From assembly GCA_046590575.1 (NCBI GenBank), contig JBKJUS010000107.1, positions 9,934-73,933 on the forward strand: a stretch of DNA of 64,000 nt, read 5' to 3'. The notes under the pieces were generated by a model. The model did not search any database and was not told the origin of the DNA. It saw only the letters and a list, made by a program, of their open reading frames with translations. Positions 9,246 through 18,039 of this stretch are shown piece by piece. Source of the stretch: Mycobacteriales bacterium. GTDB lineage: Bacteria > Actinomycetota > Actinomycetes > BP-191. Both the position numbers and the translations under genes were made by a program. Positions within the stretch are counted from its first letter, which is position 1; the number at the start of each line of letters is the position of its first letter.

Positions 9246-10775
9246 ATGCCCAGCGTGTCGCTCCACCCTTCGCGGCTGCCCGCCGATGCCGACGGCGTTG
9301 CGTCGGGTGAACTGCGCATCCGGAACAACTCTCGTACGACGAAGACGTTCCGCCCGGAGGTGACCGGCGCCGCCGCCGACTGGGCGTCATTCTTTCCGCC
9401 GTCGGTCGCCGTCGGTCCGGGGCAAACCGGTGTGGTCCGATTGAACATGCGCGTGCGTCCCTCCCCGTCGACGCCAGTCGGGGTGGTCGACTTCGCGGTG
9501 GTGATCCACGGTGACGCGAGTGCGAAGCGCACGTTGTCTGTCAACGGGTCGATCGATGTTGCGGCACGGGCGGTGGTGGTGACCACCGTCGGCCCCATCA
9601 CCAACCCTTCGCCGTCTACCTCCATGCAGATGCTGCATATAGAGAACCGCGGAAACGGTGCGGGTCGGATGGCTGTGAGCGCCGCCGGTTCTGGCGTGCT
9701 CGTCGATGTCTCGCCGGAGCAAGCCGAACTGGCACCGGGTGAAGAGGTTGCGGTCGCCGTGCGTGCTCGGGCGGCGCGGCGGACATGGCGGGACAGTCGC
9801 GAGCTGCCCTTCCAGATCGACGTCGATGGCACGGGTGCGGCTCCCCGACGCATAAACGGCGCAGTCGCGCGGCGTCCGCTGCTGACGCGCCGCGCGGGTT
9901 GGGCGGCTACGGCCGGGCTGGCGGTGTTGCTGACGGCGGTCGTGCTGCGTACGACGGTTTTGGCTCCTGCTCCTGAAACGAAGCGGGTCATCGCGAAGGC
10001 GTGCCCGACGGCCGGCCACGAGCCGTCGTTGCGCAATGCGATCTCGTTTCCGCCCGGCCCGCTGAACAAACCGGCGACGGCGTACACCTACTACTCGCTT
10101 GAGCCTGGAAGCTGCGTAGCGCCGCGATTCAACCCGTGTGAGCCGTTGCGGTACGTGCTGAACTCGGACGCGGCACCCGCTGGAGGAGTGGCCGACGCGA
10201 AAGCCGCCCTCGCCATCGTCTCGGCGGCCACCGGCTTGTCCTTCGTCGAGGTCGGCTCGACCGACGAGAAGTTCAGCGCAGTGCGGTCGCCGTACCAGCC
10301 AGAGCGGTACGGCAACGAGTGGGCCCCTCTGCTGATCGGCTGGTACCGCCAAGGTGGCAGTGACAACCGGGTGATCCTCGGCCAGTCGCGCCCCTACGTT
10401 TCTCAAGGTGTTTACGTCAGCGGGTTCATCGGCCTCAATGTCGACGCCTACACCGAAGCCGAGACGAGGAGCCCGCTGAAGAGTGGGTTCGGCCCGGTGC
10501 CCGGCGCCGTGCGGGGACAGCCGATCGGCGCTCGAGGGGTCACTTGGGGCCGGGTGCTGCTGCACGAGCTGGTCCACCTGGTCGGTCTGGCCCACGTCGC
10601 GGACAGGTCACAACTGATGGTGTCCGAGCTCTCCCTGCACACCAATCCGCGGGCGGAGCTCGGCGCCGGAGACGTGGCCGGGCTGCGCACCCTCGGTCGG
10701 GCCGCAGGATGTCTTCCTACGCCGCCGGCGGGCTCACCCGGGCGCTACCCGGCGCCACCTCCTCCTTTCCTCTGA
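9246..10775 (+). CDS. membrane-anchored protein with C-terminal metzincin-type Zn-metalloprotease motif (HExxHxxGxxH)
   Basis: HELVHLVGLAHVAD is near the C-terminus. A single central TM (GWAATAGLAVLLTAVVLRTTVL) is present. The N-terminal region has two Ig/CARDB-like beta-rich segments. Downstream of the TM the protein is Cys-containing and Pro-rich. Confidence 0.65.
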   Translation: MPSVSLHPSRLPADADGVASGELRIRNNSRTTKTFRPEVTGAAADWASFFPPSVAVGPGQTGVVRLNMRVRPSPSTPVGVVDFAVVIHGDASAKRTLSVNGSIDVAARAVVVTTVGPITNPSPSTSMQMLHIENRGNGAGRMAVSAAGSGVLVDVSPEQAELAPGEEVAVAVRARAARRTWRDSRELPFQIDVDGTGAAPRRINGAVARRPLLTRRAGWAATAGLAVLLTAVVLRTTVLAPAPETKRVIAKACPTAGHEPSLRNAISFPPGPLNKPATAYTYYSLEPGSCVAPRFNPCEPLRYVLNSDAAPAGGVADAKAALAIVSAATGLSFVEVGSTDEKFSAVRSPYQPERYGNEWAPLLIGWYRQGGSDNRVILGQSRPYVSQGVYVSGFIGLNVDAYTEAETRSPLKSGFGPVPGAVRGQPIGARGVTWGRVLLHELVHLVGLAHVADRSQLMVSELSLHTNPRAELGAGDVAGLRTLGRAAGCLPTPPAGSPGRYPAPPPPFL

Positions 10776-10799
10776 CGGCGCAAGGGCATACTGGCCGCC

Positions 10800-11573
10800 A
10801 TGAAGCTGGGAGTGGCTGGCAAGGGCGGCGTGGGTAAGACGACGATCTCAGCGGTGCTCGCCCGTTCGCTGGCGCGGCGTGGTCACCGGGTGGTCGCTGT
10901 CGACTGCGACTCCGACCCCAACCTAGCCGCCAACACAGGACTCACTGAGGTCGAGGCGGCCGGTGTCCGCACCCTGCTCGACCAGTCTTCGGCGGTGCGC
11001 TCGGTGCCGGTCGGAGTAGGTCCCCGAGGGCTGCTTGCGGAGTACGGCCGGAGTGGACCGGACGACATCACTCTTCTGACTGCGGCGCGAGCAGAGCGAG
11101 CCGGCTCTGGTTGAACGGGTGCCGCCCACGTCACGGTCCGTGACTTCCTGCAGCAGTTCGACTCTGAGATCGCGTCGGGCGTCGTCATCGCCGACATGGA
11201 GGCAGGTCTTGAGCACCTGTCCTGGGCGGGCGGCACCCTGCGCCACATCGACCTGCTCCTCGTCGTGGTGCAGCCCTCGCCCAAGGTTCAGCTCACGGCG
11301 CGTCGAATCGTGGCGTTGGCCCGTCAGCTCGGCATCCCGCGCACCGCGTTCGTCGGCAACCGGCTGCGCGACGGCGACCTCGAACAGCTGCGCACTTTTG
11401 CCGGCGAATGTGGCGTCGAGCTGCTGGCCACCATCCCCGAGGACGTTGCGGTGCAGGCGGCTGACCGCGTCGGCGATTGCCTGCTCGACTCCGCCCCGGA
11501 CTCCGATCTGGTGCGGGCCGTAGACGGTCTAGCCGCGCGGCTCGAAGCGGACTTCCTCTCCGTCCTGTCGTAG
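10800..11573 (+). CDS. CooC-like P-loop ATPase with an in-frame TGA (11112..11114); candidate selenoprotein, read-through product 257 aa
   Basis: Track ORFs 10800..11114 and 11196..11573 are in the same frame with no other stops. The read-through sequence ...AARAERAGSG-U-TGAAHVTVRDFLQQFDSEIASGVVIADMEAGLEHLSWAGGTL... aligns residue for residue with paralog 13583..14338, ...NEAGAGCTCSGHATVRSFLGDALADQADITLVDMEAGLEHLSRAGGTL... The TGA falls exactly on the first Cys of the CxC motif. A 6-bp hairpin gtcacg-gtc-cgtgac with a GUC loop lies at about 11130..11144, 15 nt after the TGA. Confidence 0.65.
11130..11144 (+). promoter_or_regulatory. candidate SECIS-like hairpin 15 nt downstream of in-frame UGA 11112..11114
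   Basis: gucacg-GUC-cgugac forms a 6-bp stem with a GUC apical loop, which recalls the G/U apical loop of the E. coli fdhF SECIS. Confidence 0.35.
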
Positions 11574-11688
11574 CGGCGCCAGCACGCGAGCGCGCCGCTG
11601 GTATCCCTGTCCGCCTTGCTGGCACCAGTAGATGCCGTGCGCATATACTCGCGCCGGACTGCGCGGTGACCAGGTTGGTGGATGGCGG

Positions 11689-12069
11689 ATGGCGAACAGG
11701 GCTGGGGCCAGCGGGGAGTTCACGGTGAAGAGTCGTCGTGGCTCTTTCCTGACGCAGTCTCTGTTGCTCTTGCTCGAAGAGCGCCCCGACCACGGGTACG
11801 ACCTGCTTGACCGGATGGAGCACCTGGGTCTCGCGCGAGACTCCGGCGGGATGTACCGCACACTGCGCAGCCTCGAGGCGGAGGGGCTCGTCCGGAGCCA
11901 GCGCGCGCCCTCGCTGGCCGGACCGGAGCGGCGACACTACTCACTCACCCAGGACGGCCGACAGCGGCTCGACGAGGACGCCGGGGAGATCGCCGAGACC
12001 GTGCGCCTGCTTCAGCGATTCCTTCGGCGGCACCGGGCCGCAATCGCACTTCGGCACCCGACGGATTAG
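11689..12069 (+). CDS. PadR-family transcriptional regulator
   Basis: LLLLLEERPDHGYDLLDRMEHLGL...MYRTLRSLEAEGLV...RRHYSLTQDG matches the PadR winged-HTH signature. The start is taken at the internal ATG MANRAG. Confidence 0.8.
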   Translation: MANRAGASGEFTVKSRRGSFLTQSLLLLLEERPDHGYDLLDRMEHLGLARDSGGMYRTLRSLEAEGLVRSQRAPSLAGPERRHYSLTQDGRQRLDEDAGEIAETVRLLQRFLRRHRAAIALRHPTD

Positions 12070-12105
12070 CTCGGCACCCCGCAGATTGCCTGCACTGCAG
12101 TGCCG

Positions 12106-12849
12106 TCAGCCGTCGAGGAGCCGTGTCGTGAGCTCGTCGATGGCGACCATCGCCGGGGACCCCGCGTCGTGGTCCAACGGTGAGATGCCGAGATGGTCAG
12201 CCCGCTGCACGGAGGGGTCGTCCGGAATCGCGATGGTCTCCACGCCGAGCAGCTCCGAGAGCCGGACCCGCTCTGCCTCGGAGTGACAGCGCGCCGCGAC
12301 ACCGATGATCCTCTTGACGCCGAGGGTGTCGGCGATGTCGCGCGCCCGCCGGGCTACTTCGAACGCCTTCGCACTGGGCTCAGCGACCGCGATGACGACG
12401 TCCGTCGAGCCGGGCTTGGCCCAGATCAGGTCGTTGAGACCCGCCTCGAGATCGGCGATGACAGTGCGCCCGTCATCGGAGAGGGCACTGAAGAGCTCGC
12501 GAGTCGTCGCGTGCGAGCCGCAGCAGACGCAGGCATTGGGGATGCGCTCGATCTTGCCGGTCGCGACGAGGCGTACGCCGTCCGGGGTGTCGACGCCGTA
12601 CCGTTCGAGCAGCATCTCCGGGTCAGGGCGCGGGTCGTTGTGCGTGTGGCCGCTGCGGATCAGCCCGTTGAGCACCGCGTCCATCGACTCGACCGCATCG
12701 ATGGACAGGCCGAGCGTGACTCCGAGGTTGGGGCTCGGGTCGCAGTCGACGGCCACGACGCTCTGACCGCGGCGGGCGAGCAGCCGGGCCATGGTCCCGG
12801 AGACAGTGGTCTTGCCTGCTCCGCCCTTGCCGGTGACGACGACTTTCAT
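12106..12849 (-). CDS. CooC-like P-loop ATPase, Cys paralog D (CVCC motif)
   Basis: MKVVVTGKGGAGKTTVSGTMARLLARRG...IPNACVCCGSHATTRELF...VIADLEAGLNDL. The start overlaps the stop of the upstream gene. Confidence 0.85.
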   Translation of the reverse strand: MKVVVTGKGGAGKTTVSGTMARLLARRGQSVVAVDCDPSPNLGVTLGLSIDAVESMDAVLNGLIRSGHTHNDPRPDPEMLLERYGVDTPDGVRLVATGKIERIPNACVCCGSHATTRELFSALSDDGRTVIADLEAGLNDLIWAKPGSTDVVIAVAEPSAKAFEVARRARDIADTLGVKRIIGVAARCHSEAERVRLSELLGVETIAIPDDPSVQRADHLGISPLDHDAGSPAMVAIDELTTRLLDG

Positions 12850-13586
12850 AGTCGGACCTCCTCGCGCACCAGCAGGCCGGCGAGCGTCTCGATTGCGCCG
12901 ATGACGGGGGAGTCCGGGCAGGCGTCCAACGGAGCGAGACCGCGGCGTTCTGCGTCGGCCACGTCACGGTCGAATGGAATGCGAACGTCGGGCGCGAGGC
13001 CCTCGTGGTCCGACTCGCCGGTGAACTTGCTGGCCACCACGATGTAGGGGAGTCCGGGGAAGAGCCCGGCGAGGCGGCGGGCCGCCAGCGCGGACTTCCA
13101 CGCGGGTGTCACGACCAGCACCAGCCGCTGGGCGAAGCTGCTGTAGCCCTCGTACGGCGTCGTCGTACCCGCCTCGAGGTCGCCGATGACATCCCAGGAG
13201 GAGTCGGCCTCCCCGACGATCTGCCGCACTGCACCGAGGGAATGGCTGACCAGGTGGTTCGGCCTGTCGATCTTGCCGGGGCTGAGGTATCGCACCCCGT
13301 CGGGACTCTCGGTCGCGACCCGTTCCAGGATGTCTATGGAATTCACGTCCGGTGCCAGACCCCACCCGTAAAGTCCCTTGGGCACCTCGGCGATGAACTC
13401 ATCAGGAAGTCCCGCATCAGTGGGCTCGCTGCCTAAGCTCCACGCGAGGCCGGGGTTGGGGTCGAGGTCCACGGCGAGCACCTTCCGCCCGCGTCGGGCG
13501 AGGAGGCGGGCCAAGGTCCCGGAGATCATCGACTTGCCGGCGCCGCCGTTTCCCACGACGGCGACGCGCAGACCGACGCTGCTCAC
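12846..13586 (-). CDS. CooC-like P-loop ATPase, Cys-less paralog E with degenerate Walker A (GNGGAGKS, signature Lys replaced by Asn)
   Basis: A GTG start overlaps the upstream TGA (GTGA). The sequence is VSSVGLRVAVVGNGGAGKSMISGTLARLLARRG...VADAERRGLAPLDACPDSPVIGAIETL, similar to paralog A. The 150-aa Arg-rich N-terminal extension of the track ORF is spurious. Confidence 0.7.
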   Translation of the reverse strand: MSSVGLRVAVVGNGGAGKSMISGTLARLLARRGRKVLAVDLDPNPGLAWSLGSEPTDAGLPDEFIAEVPKGLYGWGLAPDVNSIDILERVATESPDGVRYLSPGKIDRPNHLVSHSLGAVRQIVGEADSSWDVIGDLEAGTTTPYEGYSSFAQRLVLVVTPAWKSALAARRLAGLFPGLPYIVVASKFTGESDHEGLAPDVRIPFDRDVADAERRGLAPLDACPDSPVIGAIETLAGLLVREEVRL

Positions 13587-14338
13587 CCGACCAGCGCCCC
13601 GTCGAGGTAGTCGAGGACCCGCTCCAGCTCGTCGCGCACAGCGTTGCCGCTCCCGAACTCCAGCCGGGCCCCGGAACGGTCGGCGTCGACGATGTCTGGT
13701 TCGAAGGGGATCACGCCGATGAGCGGTACGCCGTACTCGGCGCAGACGTCGCGGAAGAAGTCGCCGTCCTCGGGCATCCGGGCCTTGTTGCCGATGCCGT
13801 AGGTGCGGGGGATGCCGAGCTCTTCGGCGAGGGCGACGGTGCGCGCGCCGGTGAGGATCGACTTGCGGCTGGGTTCCATCACCATCAGCAGGACGTCGGC
13901 GTAGGCCAACGTGCCACCCGCGCGGCTCAGGTGCTCCAGACCGGCCTCCATGTCGACGAGGGTGATGTCGGCCTGGTCGGCGAGCGCGTCGCCGAGGAAA
14001 CTGCGGACGGTCGCGTGGCCCGAGCAAGTGCAGCCCGCACCGGCCTCATTGACCCGAATCGCCGAGAGCAGGGTCGCGCCTGACGGCGTGGGCCGGCCGT
14101 ACTCGCTGATCAGTTCTTCGGCGGTGGTGTCGCCCTTGGCGCCGACGATGAGCATGCGTGGCATGACCGGGACGGCCTCCATCTCCGCCATCGACAAGCC
14201 CAAGGAGAGCCCGAGGTTGGGGTTGGAGTCGGTGTCGATGGCCACCACCCGCTTGCCGCGCCTGGTGTAGGACTCCGCGATAAGGCCGGACATCGTGGTC
14301 TTGCCCACGCCGCCCTTGCCGACGATGCCGAGCTTCAT
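13583..14338 (-). CDS. CooC-like P-loop ATPase, Cys paralog F (GCTCSGH motif)
   Basis: Internal ATG MKLGIVGKGGVGKTTMSGLIAESYTRRG...AGAGCTCSGHATVRSFLGD...LVDMEAGLEHL. This is the closest Cys-containing homolog of the TGA-containing gene 10800..11573. Confidence 0.85.
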   Translation of the reverse strand: MKLGIVGKGGVGKTTMSGLIAESYTRRGKRVVAIDTDSNPNLGLSLGLSMAEMEAVPVMPRMLIVGAKGDTTAEELISEYGRPTPSGATLLSAIRVNEAGAGCTCSGHATVRSFLGDALADQADITLVDMEAGLEHLSRAGGTLAYADVLLMVMEPSRKSILTGARTVALAEELGIPRTYGIGNKARMPEDGDFFRDVCAEYGVPLIGVIPFEPDIVDADRSGARLEFGSGNAVRDELERVLDYLDGALVG

Positions 14339-14488
14339 GACCGGACCTCCACATGCTTGGCTGGCGATGACCCGCACTGGCGCGCACACTCTCACGAGAC
14401 CGTCTCATCGCACGGTGTCGCGGAAAGTTTGGCGCCGTGCCATCCTGCGGCTGAGGCGGGTGATGTGCAACCAAGGGAGCAGCTTCGA

Positions 14489-15268
14489 ATGAGAGTGGCC
14501 CTCGCCGGTAAGGGCGGCGCCGGCAAGACGTCCATCTCGGCCACGCTGGCCCGCTCGATAGCGCGGACCGGGGTGCAGGTCGTGGCGATCGACGCGGACA
14601 GCAATCCCAACCTCGCTCTCGCCCTCGGCATCCAGCGCGAAGCGGCGCTGAGCGCCGGCTACCTGCCCCACCAGCTCGTGTCGCGCAAGCTCACGGGGCT
14701 GTCGATGGTCGAGAGCGTGGACACCGTTCTGGCCCAGCACGCCTTGCCCGGTCCGGACGGTATCTCCGTGGTTCTGATGGGGGCACCCGCCCATGCCTCG
14801 GCCGGCTGCCTGTGCTCCGCGCACGCCACAGTGAGTGCGCTGCTCGGTGACCTGGGCGAGCGCCCCGAGATCGTCACCGTCGTGGACATGGAAGCCTCGC
14901 CTGAGCACCTGAGCCGGGGCACCGTGCAGCACGCCGACGTCTTGCTCCTCGTCGTGGAGAGCTACTTCCGCGCCCTGGAGTCCGGACGCCGGCTGGCCGT
15001 GCTCGCGGCCGAGCTGCCGATCCCGCGGGTCGCCGTCGTCGCCAACAAGGTGCGCTCATCGGAGGACTCCGCCGTCATCCGGGAGTTCTGCGAGCGGCAC
15101 GACATGGAGCTGATCGCCGAGGTGCCTTGGAGTGATTCGGTCACGTCGGCCGACGTCCGATCCGTCCCTGTCATCGATGCACCGGGCAACGAAGCGGTAG
15201 TCGCAGCGGTGCTCGGCCTAGCCAATAGGATCCTGCCCTCCCTTCCGCTAGTGGCGCCACGCACCTAG
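14489..15268 (+). CDS. CooC-like P-loop ATPase, Cys paralog G (GCLCSAH motif)
   Basis: The internal ATG has the RBS aagggagc. The sequence is MRVALAGKGGAGKTSISATLARSIARTG...ASAGCLCSAHATVSALLGD...VVDMEASPEHL. Confidence 0.85.
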   Translation: MRVALAGKGGAGKTSISATLARSIARTGVQVVAIDADSNPNLALALGIQREAALSAGYLPHQLVSRKLTGLSMVESVDTVLAQHALPGPDGISVVLMGAPAHASAGCLCSAHATVSALLGDLGERPEIVTVVDMEASPEHLSRGTVQHADVLLLVVESYFRALESGRRLAVLAAELPIPRVAVVANKVRSSEDSAVIREFCERHDMELIAEVPWSDSVTSADVRSVPVIDAPGNEAVVAAVLGLANRILPSLPLVAPRT

Positions 15269-15277
15269 GGTCGACGG

Positions 15278-16108
15278 ATGTCCCGGCTGCTCATCGTGAC
15301 GACCCGATCCCGGCTGCACGGCGTTCGATCGTTCCCGGCGATGCTGCTGGCTACCCGTCGGGTTCGGCGTCAGCTCCAGAACACCGAGGGGGTGGTGCGC
15401 TGGGCAAGCGTGGTCGCCAGTCCCACCGAGTTCTGGACCATCACGGCCTGGCGCAGCCGCCACGAGATGCAGGAGTTCATGCGCTCGGATGCGCACGGCG
15501 ACATCATGTGGCGTTTCTCCTCGCTGCTCAGCTCGCTCTGGCTGGTCCGCTGGCGGCCGACCGACCACGAGGTCGGCAGTTGGTCCGGCGTGCAGCTCGC
15601 ACCCGCCCATGCTGCCGAGCCGATCGAAGTTCCTACGGAGCGAGCTTCGGCCCGCCCCGCCCCCGAGGATCTGCCCCCGGAGCTGCGTGAAGTCATGGGC
15701 CCCGACGGCACGATCAGCTTCGAGGCGTCGCCGTACGCCCGCCGAGCGCGAGAGCAGCTCAAAGGGGTCGGGGGAGCGGTGCTCAGTGTCCAGTCCAGCC
15801 GGGTCGGCGCGCCGATTGCATTGTTTCGGCTGGCCCGCCATCGGCGGCGGCTCTTTCGGGACCCGGCGCTTCTGCGCAGCATCGTCGGCTTGGGCACCGG
15901 GGGCTCGGTCTACCTGCTGAGTGTCTGGCGCACCCCTGCGGACGCGGCTCGGATGCTCGAAAGCGACTGGGCCAGGCAGCAGCGACAACGGTACGGCGGC
16001 CGCTACTGGGCCAATGAGTGGGCGCCGGAGAGCGAGTTTGGGCATTGGGACGGCCTGCGGCTGCGCGGCGAGCAGCGGCGGGTACCGCACGCGCCGGACG
16101 CTGCCTGA
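15278..16108 (+). CDS. hypothetical protein with two tandem ~130-aa repeats (possible ABM/Dabb-like or DUF3291-like halves)
   Basis: Internal duplication: LLIVTTRSRLHGVRSFPAMLLATRRV...WTITAWRSRHEMQEF versus AVLSVQSSRVGAPIALFRLARHRRRL...LLSVWRTPADAARMLE. No catalytic motif was recognised. Confidence 0.4.
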   Translation: MSRLLIVTTRSRLHGVRSFPAMLLATRRVRRQLQNTEGVVRWASVVASPTEFWTITAWRSRHEMQEFMRSDAHGDIMWRFSSLLSSLWLVRWRPTDHEVGSWSGVQLAPAHAAEPIEVPTERASARPAPEDLPPELREVMGPDGTISFEASPYARRAREQLKGVGGAVLSVQSSRVGAPIALFRLARHRRRLFRDPALLRSIVGLGTGGSVYLLSVWRTPADAARMLESDWARQQRQRYGGRYWANEWAPESEFGHWDGLRLRGEQRRVPHAPDAA

Positions 16109-16216
16109 CTGGACCGATCGGAGCGGATGGGCAGGAGTGGACGAGCTGTTGGCGAAATGCAGCGATCAAGCGCGCGAGTCGACGACGGCCGGCGGCCAAC
16201 TCCAGGAGCTTTCATC

Positions 16217-17140
16217 ATGCGTAGGTCCCGCCTAGCCCTTGCGGGCGCAATGACGGTCAGCGTCCTCGTCCTCCCTGCTGCGTCCGGCGCGGCCCCGGTG
16301 CAGAACGGGCTGCTGGTCTGCGGTGGCAATGGGGAGGCCGGCAACTCGGACGTCTACACCATGAATCCAGACGGCAGTGGGCTGCGCTTCCTCACCAACA
16401 ACGAGGTGTCTGACAGCGACCCGTCGTGGTCCGCGGACGGCAAGCACATCGCGTTTTCAAGCAGTCGAGAGCTCGGCTCCGAGGCTTACCGGATGAAGGC
16501 CGACGGCAAGGCCCAGAGAATGCTCACGAAAAACGGCTCGGCGCCGGATACGTCCACCTCGTGGACCCGCGACGGCAAGCACATCGTATTCCAGAGCGCC
16601 CGCGACGGCGACTTCGAGGTCTACCGAATGAATGCCGACGGCACCAACCAGGTGAACCTCACTAACAGCCCCGACACCGAGGACAGCCTGCCGACGCTTT
16701 CGCCCGATGGCCGCAAGATCGCCTTCAACTCCACCCGCGACGACCCGCTCACCGACGTCTACGTGATGAACATCGACGGCGCCGAAGTTACCCGCATCAC
16801 GACGCTGCCCGGCCAGGATGCCGGCGCCTCGTGGTCGCCGGACGGCAAGCAGCTCGTCTTTCACAGCGGCGTGCCCGCCACGGTGCCCGGCGGCCTCGGC
16901 ATCTTCCGGATGAACGCCGACGGCACCGGGCGCACCCGACTCACGCCGTTCCCGGACCGGTACTTCAATGCGTTCGCGGTCTGGTCCCCTGACGGCAAGC
17001 GGATCGCGTGGACCAGCAACCGTAACGACGAGGGCGACTTCGAGGTCTACTCGATGAACGCCGCTGACGGCAGCGATATCCGCCGCCTCACGAACAACGC
17101 CGGGTTCGACGGTCGCTGCGACTGGGCGCGCCGGCGCTGA
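16217..17140 (+). CDS. secreted TolB-like beta-propeller protein (PD40/WD40-like repeats)
   Basis: The signal peptide is MRRSRLALAGAMTVSVLVLPAASGAAP. There are six or more repeats of the form DxxPSWSADGKHIAF, SWTRDGKHIVF, PTLSPDGRKIAF, SWSPDGKQLVF and WSPDGKRIAW. Confidence 0.8.
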   Translation: MRRSRLALAGAMTVSVLVLPAASGAAPVQNGLLVCGGNGEAGNSDVYTMNPDGSGLRFLTNNEVSDSDPSWSADGKHIAFSSSRELGSEAYRMKADGKAQRMLTKNGSAPDTSTSWTRDGKHIVFQSARDGDFEVYRMNADGTNQVNLTNSPDTEDSLPTLSPDGRKIAFNSTRDDPLTDVYVMNIDGAEVTRITTLPGQDAGASWSPDGKQLVFHSGVPATVPGGLGIFRMNADGTGRTRLTPFPDRYFNAFAVWSPDGKRIAWTSNRNDEGDFEVYSMNAADGSDIRRLTNNAGFDGRCDWARRR

Positions 17141-17156
17141 TTCCTCGAGCGGGCAG

Positions 17157-17558
17157 TCAGCTCTTGGGTGGCACGGCGGTCTTCTGCGACTCGCCGGGCG
17201 CGGACTCGGTGACGAAGTGGTCGTAGCGGTCGATGAAGCCGTCGATGGTCCGTCGGGCCTCTCGCAGCGTGCCGGCCCAGGCGTGCAGCCAGTCGGTGCC
17301 CTCGTCGCTGAGTCGGTAGGTGCGTCGCGGCGGGCCGAGGTCAGAGCTCTCCCAGCCGGATTCGATGAGACCTTCTTGTTCCATCGCACGGAGAGAGCGG
17401 TAGAGACCCCCGGGGTCGTTGCGTCGGAATCCCAGGTCGGCGAGGCGCACGAGCAGGTCGTAGCCGTGCGACGGAGCCTCGCCGATGAGCAACAGGAGAC
17501 AGGGGCGCAGGAAGTTGCGCGGTAGGCCTACCTGCAGGTCGTCGATGTCGCGGGTCAT
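17157..17558 (-). CDS. PadR-family transcriptional regulator
   Basis: LLLLIGEAPSHGYDLLVRLADLGF...LYRSLRAMEQEGLIES...RRTYRLSDEG. Confidence 0.8.
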   Translation of the reverse strand: MTRDIDDLQVGLPRNFLRPCLLLLIGEAPSHGYDLLVRLADLGFRRNDPGGLYRSLRAMEQEGLIESGWESSDLGPPRRTYRLSDEGTDWLHAWAGTLREARRTIDGFIDRYDHFVTESAPGESQKTAVPPKS

Positions 17559-17565
17559 GTCAGCC

Positions 17566-17958
17566 TCAGTGGTTGTGGGAGGGGTCGGCGAATCGTCGCT
17601 CGACGCAGGCTTCCGCCTCGTCCGGCGATGAGTGGCACCAGCAGTCCGCGCCGCACTCGCCGTGACCTGGCTTGGTCATGTCGGCGAAGTCCTCGGCAAA
17701 GACCCGCGCTCCGTGCGCCCGGCCAGTCTCGGTCAGTTCGTACAGACCGCCGAGGGAGTCGAGCAGACCCTCCTCGACCAATCGGTCCAGGTAACGCACG
17801 CCGACCCCGGCTTCGACGCCGAGGAACCGCTGCAGTAGCGAGGGGTCGACCTGGTCGCCGAACCCCTCGCCACGGATCCAGTACATGAGTTGAAGGATCT
17901 CGTCGCGCCAGAAGAGGGCGCGCATGGCCTCGGACTTGGGCTGGTGCAGCTCGTCCAT
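17566..17958 (-). CDS. hypothetical winged-helix-like protein with C-terminal Cys/His-rich motif (HGECGADCWCH...EAC); co-operonic with the PadR gene
   Basis: Internal ATG MDELHQPKSEAMRALFWRDEILQLMYWIRGEGFG... The stop is 8 nt upstream of the PadR start. The putative metal-binding cluster is at the C-terminus. Confidence 0.45.
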   Translation of the reverse strand: MDELHQPKSEAMRALFWRDEILQLMYWIRGEGFGDQVDPSLLQRFLGVEAGVGVRYLDRLVEEGLLDSLGGLYELTETGRAHGARVFAEDFADMTKPGHGECGADCWCHSSPDEAEACVERRFADPSHNH

Positions 17959-18039
17959 GCAGGCCTCCGGCGTACGACGGCGTCGTCGCCGTGGCACGAG
18001 TCTAGATGTTTGACACATCGACAGCATAGGGTCGCTGTC

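Noticed and set aside
12846-14027. 393-aa ORF with a 150-aa Arg-rich N-terminal extension upstream of the ATPase domain
   Set aside because: The extension overlaps the upstream paralog in another frame and has no motif. A GTG start overlapping the upstream TGA (12846..13586) gives a normal 246-aa paralog.
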